NCBI GenBank assembly: GCA_033442325.1
Contig: JAWQFM010000022.1
Span: 1,044,615 to 1,108,614, forward strand
Reading direction: 5' to 3'
Origin: Salpingoeca rosetta
Lineage: Eukaryota; Protista; Choanoflagellata
Length of the DNA: 64,000 nucleotides
A program made the position numbers and the translations under genes. The notes below the pieces were generated by a model. The model saw nothing but the letters and a program-made list of their open reading frames with translations. It did no database searches and had not been told where the DNA came from. Shown here piece after piece: positions 1 through 18,119 of the stretch (the stretch's first letter is position 1; each line of letters opens with the position of its first letter).

Positions 1-237
1 TTGTGCGCGCATGCTTGTCGCTGAGCCGATGTTTAGCGCACATCATTTGCTCGCTCGCAAGCATGCGCTCACTTTTGCTGTCCCAAATCCACAACCCACA
101 TCACAGGGTGAAGAACAAGATGTGTGAAAGTGAACGAGAGGATGACCAGCGTGCCTTCAACTTGAAACTGGATAAGCTGCAAAAGGTTCTCATGGCTCAA
201 AAGGAGGCAGTCTCAGAGGCGCGGATGGATGCAACAG

Positions 238-274
<37 letters not shown>

Positions 275-1493
275 CGTGTGTGTGTGCGTGTGTGTGTGAT
301 GGCATGCATTGGTAGCTTGCCGTGTCCAGCATAGCTGCAGCGAGGGCTGCCTTGCTGCCTGCCACCACAATTGGCCTGACCCTTGCTCAATTCACGTGTA
401 AACTTCACATGCTACATTCACACGCGCTTATCAATTGTGTCCATCCCCCCGGGCGTCGCTACCACCTCAGAAACAAAGAAGAAGCTCGTGGATGCAGAAG
501 CAACGCTGGAGACAGAGAAGAACCGCCTGTTGGGCGAAGTGGGAGAATGCCAGGAGCACCTTGATTCCGCAAGAAAATCAGCACAAGGTGCGTTTGTGTG
601 TGTGTGTGTGTGTGTCTGTCTGTGTCTATGTGTCTGTGCCTGCGTGTGTGTGTGTGCGTGTGTGTGTGTGTGTGTGTGCTTCTGTCTGTCTCTGTGGCTA
701 TGTGTCTGTGTCTGTGTCTCCGCCTCTCTGTCTGTCTCTGTGCGGCTGCGTTTACACACGAGCACAGCTTTGTGTACAGCCTTGCGTCCATTTTTCTCAT
801 GCACGGTTACTTGTGCATGTCACCACACGTGTCTGGGGCTTGTGGCTCCGTCATGTCGCTGTTGTGCTGCATTCACTGGCGGCAGCCCAAGTTGTGGAGC
901 AACAGGATAAGCATGAGAAGCTGCAGCAGACGCACGCGGAACTGCAGGAGGAATTTGACCAAGTCAAGGTTGGCGCTTGCTCGTCCACTTGCCCGCGCTG
1001 CGCTCACGTGCTTGCTTGCTTGCTGTCATCATTTGCTCTGCCTCGCCACCTGTAACAGTTTACACAACGCGTGCACCAGCATGAACGCGCTCAGACATGC
1101 GTCCCCATCTCACCCACATCATTACACACACACGCGCGCACACACACACTCACACACACACACACATACACGCTACCCACGCTTCCACATCTCATTCACA
1201 TCGCCACGCACACACACACACACACACACGCGCGCGCATTTGTGCTACCCACGCGAACAGGAGCAACTGCAGGTGAAGCAAGGGATGTATGAGGAGGTGC
1301 AGGAAGCGCTCACAGATCTGCAGGCCAAGTACGACGAGCAGAGCAGGAGCATGCAGGCCATGCAAGCAGAGCTTGCTGAGCTGCGGGCGGCGCGGGATAA
1401 CACGGCCCAGCACGGCCTGGTACGCGAGGAGGTGCACCTGGACGGCGAAAACGTTGCCATTGAGCGCAGGGCAGCCGCAGACGGCACAGGCAC

Positions 1494-1533
<40 letters not shown>

Positions 1534-2677
1534 CAACAACAGGAGCAGCAGCAGCAAGAGCAGGTTCGTCCCAGTGTCCAGTGTCTGTACATATGTGTGT
1601 GTATGTGTACGTGTTTTTTGCTCGATGTGAATGACCGACGGATACACGTTTGTGTGCACGTTCACCCTTGCATATACGTTGCTTCCTACGCCACCATCAC
1701 TCCGATACTGGCTCCTCACGTACGCTGTGACCCTGATGCAGAATATTGCGCATGTGGACGAAAACGCGCTGCACGCCCGCGCACAAGAGCGCATCGTCAA
1801 GGCAAAGTGAGACACTCCCTTCCTGCCCACGCACGCTCTTGTTTACACAGATGCGCGTGTGCAGGGATGTGTGTGCGTTCATATCATCATGTGTGTGTGC
1901 GTGCGTGTGCGTGTGCGTGTGCGTGTGCGTGTGCGTGTGCGTGTGCGTGTATTCATGCGCGTTCTTCTTGACTCACCACCCTGACGCACTGGTTCGCCAC
2001 CCCTTCATTGCAGCTTGCCGAAGCCGCCTGGCCAGGAGCACAGCCAGGAGGACATTGATGCGGCGCAGGAGGAGGTGAGGCACACGCTCACATTGCTGCT
2101 GCCACAGCTGCCTCTGTCGTTGTCGGTTTACCACACCGCCTGCACATATAAGACCCTCCAACACACACACACACACACACACATGCGCGCGTTGTCGTTC
2201 ACACACACTTTCCCCTTTGACCCCAGATTGCTGCGCTGAACGATGCTGCGCATGCGCACCAGCTGAAGAGCGATGCACAGCGGGCCAAGGAGGAGCAGGA
2301 GCAAGAGGACGACGACCAGGCAGCAAACGCAGCAGCAGCGCGCGGCGCACCGCTGCCCAATGACGCCGCTGCCGGTGCTGGCGATACTGGTGACGATGAT
2401 CGTGCGTTTGGTCGGGTGATGCCAGCCGGCGGTGATGGTGGTGACGGTGGTGACGGTGGTGATGATGACTATGAGGGCGGCGCAGCGTACGATCAGGAGT
2501 ACCGTGACGGCTACGCACAAGGAAAACGCGGCGATGATGACGACGACGAGGAAGAGGAGCAAGAGCAAGATGGCCGCGGTGTTGAGCTGCCCCAGGATGG
2601 CGCCGCAGCCGTTGTCGCGCCCCACAGGGAACTCGCTGGAAGAGGTGCGCGCGCGTGTTGTGTTGAGTGAGTGGGTG

Positions 2678-2754
<77 letters not shown>

Positions 2755-3033
2755 AACCTTTGTTGCGTGCACAACCGTAGAACCTTGTCGTGTGAGCGTG
2801 CCCTTCCGGCTGTCATCTCGTTGCTTCTAACCTTGTCGCGTTGCTGTCCCATGCAGATGCTGCTGACACGGGCAACGCAGCTGCGCAGGTTGTGGACAAC
2901 AACCAAGAAGCACAACGTACGTTGTTTCACACGCACACAGAGAGAGAGTGTGTGTGTGTGTGAGTGAGTGAGTGAGTGAGAGAGAGATGTAACGATTCGG
3001 ATGACTCTTCCTCCCTCTCTAACCCCTCTCCAA

Positions 3034-3068
<35 letters not shown>

Positions 3069-3096
3069 TGCAGAAATAGCAGCAGCAGACATCTAA
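1..3096 (+). CDS. Coiled-coil protein with acidic low-complexity C-terminus; 5'-partial, multi-exon, function unknown
   Basis: GT-AG-bounded exons join into a heptad-rich chain (KNKMCESEREDDQRAFNLKLDKLQK / ETKKKLVDAEATLETEKNRL / EQLQVKQGMYEEVQEALTDLQAKY), then D/E/G-rich exons. Likely last exon QIAAADI* with TAA at 3094-3096. Confidence 0.65.
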
Positions 3097-4259
3097 GCGG
3101 TGCTGGCTACGTACGCACATGCAGGCCTGCCTTGTTGACAGCCCAGAAGTCCCCGCCAAACTGTTTCTTATCTGTGGCGCTTTGTAATTGGCACCTTTAC
3201 CATCCCGTTCGCGCTGGCCCCTCTTCGCGTCCGAGAAAGTGCCGTCGCTGTTATTGTGCATGACTGGCTTCGCATGTTTATGTCAGGTTCCGTGCATGTG
3301 TATCCAAAACAACAACTCATGACTATCACCAAAGAATGAGAAGCTGATGTGTCAGCCGAGTGGAAGGGGCCTACCAACAACTGGATGCAACTTGATGCAC
3401 CTGACACCACAACCACTCACTGTTCGTCAACAAAAACACGCCATGCAAGTGGGTTCGAATGAGTGCTGCCCGCCCGCCCATTTGGCGCACTGCCGCGTCT
3501 TATCTGCTTGTGGTGTCCCCTTTTCGCTTGTATGCATGTCCTTGTATGCGCTTGCGCGAGGGTCAGTTTTCACACACTTTTTCGTGAGATCTGCCACCCT
3601 TTTTTTGCAGTGCCACAAACTGAAATCCCGCGGGCAAAGCAGAAGAAGAGACAGCAGTGGTGGTGATGGTGGTGGTGGTCGTGGTGTGCTGCTGTTGTTG
3701 TTGTTCATTCCACCCCCAGCACTGGCACTCAAACCTCCTCAACGCACCATTGCACCTCGCTTGTCGATGGGCCCGCAGCTCGGCCAGTGTGCGTGTGTGA
3801 ACATCTCTTGTGCAGTGCCAGTGCAGCCTCCGTTCCATTTTCATTTTCAGCTTTGCAGGTGAGGTTACTGTGACCGTTACACCCCGTCCTTGTGTTTTGT
3901 TTGGCACTGCAGCTATGCAGCGGTGGTGATTGCCCACAGCTCTGCAGCTGCCTTGTTTTGTGTGCTTACCACTGTGCGTTTGACTGCAAATTGGGTTCAA
4001 GTGACCGTTGAATTCATTCACCTTCTTGTACCAGTCAGACACAAGCACATCTCACATTGTCCACCACCTTCCTCGCCCCACCTACTCACTCACCCCTTCA
4101 CCTTGCTACCCTGGCACTGCAACCGTCCGTGCTCCAAATTGTTTGTGTGTCTGCGTCTTTGCGCGTCTGGTGTGTTCCTCTTTCTTTCTACGACCCCCTT
4201 GCATTCTCTTCGACACGCGTTTCCCCCATCACCCATCTCCTTGTCGTTACGCCGTCAAC

Positions 4260-8769
<4,510 letters not shown>

Positions 8770-9233
8770 CGCTTGTTCACACGCAGGCATATTCCTTCGA
8801 TGCTTGTCCCTTTTGACAGTGTGTTGTATCCAGCAAGACGCAGCCACTCGTGTGTGTGTGTGTGTATTCGGTGTTCACATGCGTGTTGGTTGTTCATTGT
8901 GTATTTAGCTGTGTATGTACATAGCGGGCTTGCAGCGAAGACAAAAGGAGACAGGAGAAGAGCAGCTGGAATATTCGCACTTGTACATATGTGTATGTCA
9001 ATGTGCGTATACGTGTGTGTGTGCGTGTGTGCGTGTATGACGACTACGTGTGGGACCGGGTGATTGTGACAGTACCAATTAAATGGACACTCAAGCGACA
9101 CGAGTAGTTGCAGCCGAGAGAGGGCACAAGTGAATGCCAATGTGTATGTCGTGTGTGTGTGTGTGTGTGCACGTGTGTGTGTGCGTGTGTGTATACCCCA
9201 TCGTTGACGCTGCACTGCTTGATCACAGGGGGG

Positions 9234-11959
9234 CTATGGTGGAGATGCCACGACACACGTCACTGTCAGGATACGCGTCCGTCTGCGCCAAGATGATGGA
9301 GAGTAAAGATGGGCCGTGTGAGGAGTAGCAGTAGAAGGGCACAGAGGCGAAATAAGGGGAGGGGCCTACAAAGAGACGGGAAATGTAGTGTGTTGGACAC
9401 GCGCACACAACACACACACACACACAGACACACAGACACACGCACAGACAGACACACAGACACACGCACAGACAGACAGACAGACACACAGACACACACA
9501 AGGCACACACGCAAGAGCACCAGGCGGCACCTGTTGAACTGGGCGACCGTCAGGTTTGGGCGAAGGGGCCACTTGATGTCAATATCAATGTAGTACACGT
9601 TTGGACGCGCGTGCACCACAAGTCGCTCCTCCCCCACGTCAAGCGCTACCGTGCGCGCAGACCGCTGCACCAACAGCAGCACAGCGGTGGTCGTGGCGGT
9701 GAGTGAGTGAGAGAAAGTGTGTGTGTGTGTGATATGTGTGTGTGTGAGTGATATGTGTGTGTGTGTGAGTGATATGTGTGTGTGTGTGTGTTGCAGTGGT
9801 GGCAGGGCAGCTGGCTGGTTGCACTCACGAGCTTGTCGAGATGGAACTCAAACACGAGAAACTCAGGATGGCCGTGCTCCGGGTCCTGAAGGGTGATAGC
9901 GGTGATGGTGAGCGGGAGCAGCAGCAGAGGCAGGAGCCGTGGTGATTGCTAATGTGGCGTGATAGGTGGTAACGAGACGAGGTCCGAGACAATAATACAA
10001 ACGCATGTCGTGGGTGTTGATGACCTACCCTGTACATCTCATACTTGGGCTGTGGGCCTTTCCACTCGCTGTCTTTTGCGTCGTCTTCAGACACGACGGT
10101 CACATCCTTCCTGCAACCGGCCAACGTCGCAGTAGTCGCGTTATGAGTACGCGCACCGCTGTTACGCACACATACACACACGCGCTCGCGCGCACACACA
10201 CACATACACATACACGCACACACACACATACACATACACACGCACACACACACACACACACAAACCAACCAACAAACAAACAAGCTAACAGCGTGGGGTT
10301 CCCCAAGAGATGACCACGTGCACTCACGTTGAGACATCGCGGATCTTGCGCTTTACGCGACACATTTGGGGCACCGGTTTGCCCATGGATTTGCGTCGCT
10401 TCATCACCTTGTACACTGACAGTCACAACAAAGATGACAATGACGACGAAAGAGAGGCGATCACGCAGTTTCAAGGCAAATGAGCGCACACGCGAGAGTG
10501 AGTGAGTGAGTGAGTGAGTGAGTGAGTGAGTGAGTGAGTGAGTGAGTGAGTGAGTGAGGGTTGGTCTGAGAAGAACTGTGTGGAGGTTACAGGGCAGCGT
10601 CAACAAGGTTTGCTGGACAGGAGTTCAAGCTTGTATATAGATTGGGTAAAATGCGAATGACAAGCAAAAGTAAGAGCAAGACGCGTGATGTTGACACACC
10701 TCGGTTGAGGGCGAGGTTGTGCTTGGCCTCCACTTGACACATGACAAGCTCCACCACAAACTCGCGCATGCCTTCTCGCTCCTGTTCGACCAGTGTGAAA
10801 ATAAAGAAGCAACGCAGCAGAGTGCCGTTCACACAGTGCAAGCGTGAGAGACACGCGTCAGCAAATGTGCGTGGATGTGCATTTTAAAGCGCACCCAGCA
10901 GACCCGACAGAGAAGGCACACATTGCGGGGGTTGCCATACACCACGGGACCTACGTTGAGCTGCTCCACAACACTGCTGTTTACAATGGCATCAAATGCG
11001 CGGCAGGGCGTGCCAGCTAGTGTGCATGTTGATGCACAGCAAGGCATGCGCGGAGGTAAAAAACAAACAAACACGTGAGCAGTGTGATGATCTCACCAAC
11101 GCTGTCGTGCCGCCGTTGCATGCGCAGTCGAGTAACATCATACCGCTCAGACGGACACCACAAAAAGGTACAGAAACTTGCACACACACGCACACACACG
11201 CACACGCATACACACACAAGCATACACACACACACACACAAGCACACGCACTGTTGTCTGGCTCCATGTGTGGCGGTCCCACGCTCATGGGAATGCGAAA
11301 ACGGGTGCCATCCTCGTTGGCAATGACAAGTGCCAGCTCCTCATCAGAAATGGATGGTGGTGCAGGGATATCTTCGGAGTGGCAAATGTTCAAGAACACC
11401 TTTTCACCGCTCTCAATATCCGTCTTGATGCAAAACCCTTCACACATCCAACGCAAGCATCAAGTCATGCGCAAACACACAAACAAACACAAGTACGCAT
11501 AGATACACCCAGTGAGCACACACTTGAATAACAGTTCAATCCACAGCAGCCGTGACACAAGCGACTCATGCAGCCACACATGCGCAGCCACAGAAAGAAC
11601 TGAAACAAACCATCCGACCTGGTTTGGGCGTAATCAGCTTCACGTCTTGCTGCTGTTGCTGTTGCGCCGACTTTTGCTGGTCGTCTTGGATCTCCTGTGT
11701 GTGTGCGTGTGTGCGTGCGTGCGTGAGTGTGTGTGTGTGTGAATGTGCGTGAGTGTGTGTGCTATATCGCGAACGCACACACACATACATACATGCACGC
11801 ATATGCACATACATACACACACATACATGCACGCATGATGCACGCACTAGACAGACAAAATAAGAGCGTGTGGTTCCAAAACCTGACCTGTACTAAGCGC
11901 TGCACAGCCGCAGGTGTACTGGCGGCAGCGTCCCCTTCCAAACTTATTCTGTCCTGCAT
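9234..11959 (-). CDS. PIH1D1: PIH1 domain-containing protein (R2TP co-chaperone subunit), multi-exon
   Basis: ITPKPG-FCIKT..EKVFLNICHSEDIPAPP..FRIPMSVGPPH (PIH1 N-domain) and C-terminal CS domain VALDVGEERLVV..AQFNRRTRILTVTC; ATG 11959, TAG 9234-9236. Confidence 0.85.
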
Positions 11960-11997
11960 GATGTGTGCTGTTGATGTGTGGTGCGTGCTTGGATTGA

Positions 11998-12024
11998 CAG
12001 AGGATGACATCAGTGAGCGGAAAA
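11998..12024. repeat. Left terminal inverted repeat
   Basis: Reverse complement of 14041-14067. Confidence 0.95.
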
Positions 12025-12177
12025 TCACTTTAACGTGTTTGACGATTTATTTCGCCGTTCTCGACCACAGAGAACACGCTAAAAACACCCTTTTCCTCAG
12101 CACAATTGACTACGGCACCCCACCCCACATCCACCCACCAAGACACAATGAACCACACAACAGGCAAACCACTCACA

Positions 12178-13843
12178 CTAATCCTCGTCTTCATGTTCAC
12201 CCTCATCGTCGTCCTCGTCACTGTCCTCGTCACTGTCCTTGTCTTTGTCCTCGTTCACAACATCGACCTCTTCCATATTCTCATCATCATCATCACGCTG
12301 CCCGTCATCGAACACCCCATCATCGATTGCCTCCTCATCCACCTCATCGAGGCTCGTGATCTGCCTGTAAAGCTCATCCAGCCGAGCATCTGCTTTTGCA
12401 ATGCATCCCTCAACTGTCTTCGGTGTCAGGGTTGCAAACGCCTCGTCCAACCGCTGGCGCACGTCCTTGAACGTTGTGTCGTAGTTGTACTGTCGACCAA
12501 CGTCTCCTTTCACGTTTGCCCAAACAATCTCGATGGGCTGAAGGTCGGAGTAATGCGGCGGTGTCCACAGCACCTCGTGCCCAGCGTCCTCTGCCATTTG
12601 CACGACGACGGGCTTGACTGTCTGCGCAATGTGTTCGCGAAGCCTGGCCCACAGCAAGGCCCGAGTGTCGGTGTCGGATACTGGCAGGCCGCGCGCCGTG
12701 CAGGCCTCGACCATGGCTGCCTTCTTCCATGATTGCTTGGGCGTGTCCGCTGGGAGTGACTTGTGGTACTTGGCGTTGTCCATGACAATGATGGTGTTTT
12801 TGATGCCACGGGCGTCGAGCGTGGCGAGCAGCGTCTGCATCCAGCGCTCAAAGTATGCACTGTCAAACATGCCATGGTAGTCTTTGGTCTGCGCCTTGCC
12901 ACTCTGCTTCTTGCCCCCCTCAAAGATGTCCAGCGTCTCGGGTAACAGCTGTGCACGATGTTCCTCGGATCGCTCTGCTTCTGGTACTGCAGGGTCGCTT
13001 GAGATGATTGCCGCGATGAAACAGAAGCGCCGGCCTTTGTGCTTTTGCTTGGGGAGCAGGCGGTTATCACCGGGGTCGTACAGCGACTCATCATGCGGGC
13101 GGTAGTGGTGGTGTATGTAGCTCTCGTTGAGGTAGACAATGCGTCGCCGCTGCTGTAGGGCCTTGATCATCTGGGTGATGTACGCGTCTCGTTTGATCAG
13201 CACCTCCCTCCTTCTCCATGTAGGTGGTGCAACCGCCTCGCTGACCTCTCTCGTAGCCAAGTGACTCCAGGTATCGTTGCACAGCTCTCAGGGCGTTCGC
13301 TTTCGAAGTGGGATCAGAGTACATCGGCAGCACACCGGAGGAGCAGAAGAAGCCGAGCACGTCCTTTGCCACAGTTCGGTTGCCCTTGACAGTGCGCTCG
13401 TACAACCAGTTCTGCAGCTTCACACGCAATGCCTCAGTGCGCTTGAACTTCGTCGTCTTGGTCCCGCGTGGCCCGTCGTTGTCTGCGACTGACACCGCTT
13501 GCGCGCGCTCGTAGTCCTTCCATGCTTGTTGACAGACGTCTGTGCTGCGCTGAAGGACGTTCTTTGCGAGTGCCGTGAACCGATACTGCTTGGGCCTCCC
13601 TGACTTGTTCGCGTGGACAAACTTCTCATGGCGAAAGTACGCCTGCACGGCGACGATGTCCAGCTTTGCGTCCACCGTCAGCGTCCTGGAGTTTTCCTTG
13701 CGCTGCTTCTTGAGCCACTTCTTGAAGGCGTCGTACTCCTCATTGTCAAGGCTCCCGGCGTACAATCGGCCTTCTTTCTTCTTGACACACGGCGGTGTTC
13801 CGTCAGTGCTGCCTGCTGCGGTGGCCGATCTGCGCTGCGCCAT
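12178..13843 (-). pseudogene. DDE transposase (~554 aa when reconstructed), with a frameshift and first catalytic D>N
   Basis: Motifs IVYLNESY, IVMDNAKYHK, PPHYSDLQPIEIVWANVK. Two overlapping ORFs join if one G is removed near 13205-13211 (YMEKE/EVLIKRDAY). Confidence 0.85.
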
Positions 13844-14040
13844 CTTGGATGCAGAAAGTCGTTGGCATCAATGTGAATAATCGGCAATCCTGGAGGTAAC
13901 AGGAAAAGATGGTTCTGTGCTTGCGCTCTGAGGTTTGCTGTCTTCGTTCTCTGTTGTGCGTGGGACAGCCAACGGACAATGGAAGCGATTGACGCATATT
14001 TCGGGTGGTTTTGAATGTGTGCCGGTGATGAAAACTTATT

Positions 14041-14067
14041 TTTTCCGCTCACTGATGTCATCCTCTG
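14041..14067. repeat. Right terminal inverted repeat
   Basis: Reverse complement of 11998-12024. Confidence 0.95.
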
Positions 14068-14303
14068 TGAACAAGAAGAGACTGAGCAAGCGAGGTTGCT
14101 GTTGCTTGTGTGCCTAGAATTACCGAATTTCGTTGAAAGATACCGCTACTTTTCTTCAACGACGGTTTCGGAGACGATAGACAGAGCAAAAGCAAGACAA
14201 GCAGCCAGAGCAGTTGATTGTTGTTGTGGACGCAAGCACCGACCCAGACCAGCGAGCAGCAGCGAAGAGCAGAGGAACAAGCACACATTCACACAAGGCG
14301 AAG

Positions 14304-16500
14304 ATGGCTGAGGACGAGGGTCGCATCATCAAACAAGAGGCCGACTACACGGAGGAGGTCGATGCCTCGCTTCCCATCGCTTCCTCCCTCGCACAGGTTG
14401 ACCAGCAACGTTTGTCGCTCAAGAACGTCGACAATTCCTTTTTGTTTTTGTTTGGTTTGATGTGTATTGTGTGGTGTATTGTGTGGTGTATTGTGTGTGG
14501 TGTGTGCTTGACAAGTACTTACTGTGTGGTGTGTGTGTGTGTGTGTTAGCGTTAGTGTACCATGTCATTCACCTCGATTGTGTCGTCCTTCACTCTCGCC
14601 TGCGTTTGTGTGCCGCTCGCTCACACCTTGAACACAAACCCTATTGCGTGCTTGCTTTTCTGGTCTTCGCAACAGGATGGAAAGCTGGACGAGGCCATTG
14701 AGTCTCTCCTTCCTCTGGAGAAGAAGAGCCGCATGGTACAATGAAGCAGGCCATGCTGTGCGTCTTGTCTCCAACCCTCATGTTCACTGTTTTGTTTGTG
14801 CTATCCCTGATAGTCAGCTCGCACTCACAATGCGTTTCCGATGTAACTGTCCATTCCAATCACCGCTCGTTGTGCAACGCCGTGTCTGTTTTCTAAAGGC
14901 CGCGGACATGAAGTCGACAAGCCGCATTCTCGTCCACATTGTCACCATGTGCTTTGAGCAGCAAGCATGGGACAAGATGCTTGAGAACATTGTCATGCTC
15001 ATCAAGCGGCGTGGCCAAATCAAGAAGGCAAGGGCACCGCTGCTCGTGCTTGCTGTCACCATGACTGTGGTGTTGGTCGTGTGTGCATTCCTGCTGCTGC
15101 CACTGAAGTCGATGTTGCTGCTGCTACTGTGGCTGCTGTTGCTGCTGCTACTGTGGTCGCTGTTGCTACTGTTGCTGCTTCTGCCACTCCCGTTGCTGCG
15201 TGCTTGTCCCTTTGTAAATGTGACACCTCCACCTCACCCCGGTGCTGTGATGGTGCACAGGCTGTGACCGACATGATCCGCAAGGTGTGCGAGTTTATCG
15301 AGCAAGCGCCAGACAAAGCGACCAAGCTCAAGATGCTCGATACCGTGCGCACCATCACCGCCGGCAAGGTCTGTAGTGTGTTCGTGCGTGCGTGTGTTCG
15401 TGCGTGCGTGCGTGTGTGTGTGTATGTGTGTGTGTGTGTGTGTGTGTGCTTCATGCACGTGAGTTATCGCGCCACGAGTCACCCCCTGAACCGAGCTCAC
15501 GACCAACTATCGTGATGCTGTTGTTGTGTGCTGTGCAGATCCATGTTGAGAACGAGCGCGCGCGCCTGACACGCGAGCTTGCGCGCATCAAGGAGGAAGA
15601 GGGCAACATCGCAGGTGCGGTGGTGTGGCGTCACGTGTTTCCAAATGTGTGTTGTGCCGCTCAACATGACACCGCCGCCCACGCCCATACATCTATGCAC
15701 ACTGGACGTACATGTGCACACTGCCACATACACGCACACACACGCACTCCCCCCCCCCACACACACTCGCCCACTCACACACACACACACACACACCATA
15801 CATCCCCGGGCCCAAAATGTGTGCGCGTGCGCGTGTGTGCAGAGGCTGCGGACGTGCTGCAGGAGCTGCAGGTGGAGACGTACGGCACGATGGAGCGACG
15901 GGAGAAGGTCGAGTTCATCCTGGAGCAGATGCGGCTGTGTCTCGCCAAGCACGACTACATCCGCGCGCAGATTATCAGCAAGAAGATCAGCACCAAGTTC
16001 TTCAAGGACGAGAGCACGCACGACCTGAAGCTCAAGTACCACCGGCAAATGCTCCAGCTCGCCGCACACGACAGGAGGTCAGCTTGTTCCCGCTGGTCTT
16101 GTGTGTGTGTGTGTGTGTGTTCGTGTGTGTGTGTGTGTGTTCGTGTGTGTGGAGAGGGCTGCAACACGTGTTTCTTTGCTTGCCTCTTGCTGTTAGATGT
16201 CATGTCTTACTGTTCCTCATTGTGCATCACCCCTCTCTTGTCCCCATTGCGCACCACAGGTATCTGGACATGTGCAAGCACCACCGGTCTATCTTCGACA
16301 CCCCATCTGTCAAGGCCGACGCTGAGGGTGAGCACACGCTCTTGTGTGTATGCATTTGTGTGTTAGTACAGGGGTAGTGGGAACAAACACAAACACAAAC
16401 CAATACACACATGTGTACATGTGGTGGTGGAGATAACGAGCGTCTCGAGCGCACACGTTTCACGTTGCTCCCATGCTGACACGGATGTCGATGATGATAA

Positions 16501-16597
<97 letters not shown>

Positions 16598-18119
16598 GCT
16601 GTTGTTCATGTGGATATGATGGTGGCGATGACGTGTTCATGGCGACAGCTGCGAAGAAGGAGTTTCAGAGCGCGGTGCTGTATCTCGTCCTTGCGCCGTA
16701 CGACAACGAACAGGCCGATCTCATCGCCCGCGTCTCAGAGGTGCGCCTGTGGACCTATCGGGTGAAGGGGGCCGCATATGTGTATGTACGTGCATGTGTG
16801 CGTGTGTGTGTGCGGACGTGCGTGCATGTGCGTATGTACGTGTACGTGTGCGTGTGTGCGTGTGTGTGTGTGTGCGTGCGAACATGTGTACGTGTATGCG
16901 TGCGAACATGCGTGTGCTCATAACTCTCTCTCGACCGCCGCCGCCACCACCACCGCCTCTGTCGCTGCCGTGTCCGCCCGTCAGGACCCGGTGCTTGAGG
17001 ACCTGCCGGAAGCGCAGTCGCTGCTGTCGGTGTTCACCACCGACGAAGTGCGGCCCTGGCGTGTGTTTGAGACGCAGTTTGCACCGTTCCTCCGCAGCAC
17101 AGACGTGTTTGCCGCCACAGAGCAGGGCGAGAAGCAGTGGAGCGAACTCAGGGACCGCATCATCGAACACGTGCGTTGTGTGTATGTATGCGTTCTTGCG
17201 TGCGTGTGTGTGTGTTCTTGCGTGTGTGTGTGTGTGTTCTTGTGTGTTTTGTATGTGTGTGGTCTTGATGATTTGGGTTCTTGCTTGCCTGTGCACCTGT
17301 TGAAATGCTCATGTCTGTGCATCCGTGCATCAGCGCGTCTACTGAGCATCACAAATGACATGCCACCCACCCCCCCCCCCAACAATCACCCGTTATGTTG
17401 TTTGCTCGTCACAGAACATTCGCGTGATGGCGATGTACTACACGCGCATGCGCACGTCCCGAATGGCCGAGCTCCTTGACCTCACAGAGAAGGTGTGTGT
17501 GTGTGTGCTTATTCTGTTTGTGTTTGTGTGTATTGCGTGTTTGTGTTTGTATGTGTATGTGTGTCTTGACACGTCCGCGCATCGCGCTGTGTACCGTCTT
17601 TACCCACCATCGTTCACCGTGACGTGTTGGTTTCGTCCCATCAACCACCACCACCACCACCACCACCACCACCCCGAACCCGGCTCGCAGGATGCGGAGA
17701 AGTATTTGTCGCGGCTGGTGACGCTCAAGACGGTGTATGCGAAGATTGACCGCCCTGCGCGCGTGATTGTGTTCAAGCCGAAGCCAAAGGCAAACCAGGT
17801 GCTCAACGACTGGGGCAGCGGTCTCAGGTGAGCACCAATGACAGTTGTGGTGGCGGTGGTGACACGTGTTTGTGTCAGTTTGTTGGGGAGGTGTGATAGG
17901 GTCGCGGTTCCTTGTATTTTGCAACCAGCTCATTTCTGATCTTGTGTCTCTAGTCTTGCGTATGATCTCGTTTCTGTGGTGCCGCCCTTTTCTCACTCCA
18001 CACCCGCTTCCGCGGTTGCTTTGAACGGCCACGATTGCGTTGTTGCCAGCCATCTCATGTCGTTGGTCGACAAGGCAACACATCTCATCCAGAAGGAGCG
18101 CATGGTGCACCAGGTCTGA
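14304..18119 (+). CDS. PSMD12: 26S proteasome lid subunit RPN5, multi-exon
   Basis: [102 protein letters not shown]. Confidence 0.96.

Larger units (their letters stand above)
11998..14067 (-). mobile_element. Full-length IS630-Tc1-mariner DNA transposon with DD82E (Sailor-type) spacing
   Basis: Perfect 27-bp TIRs CAGAGGATGACATCAGTGAGCGGAAAA (11998-12024 / 14041-14067); TGA on both flanks (11995-97, 14068-70); internal transposase; no introns or dinucleotide microsatellites. Confidence 0.95.
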
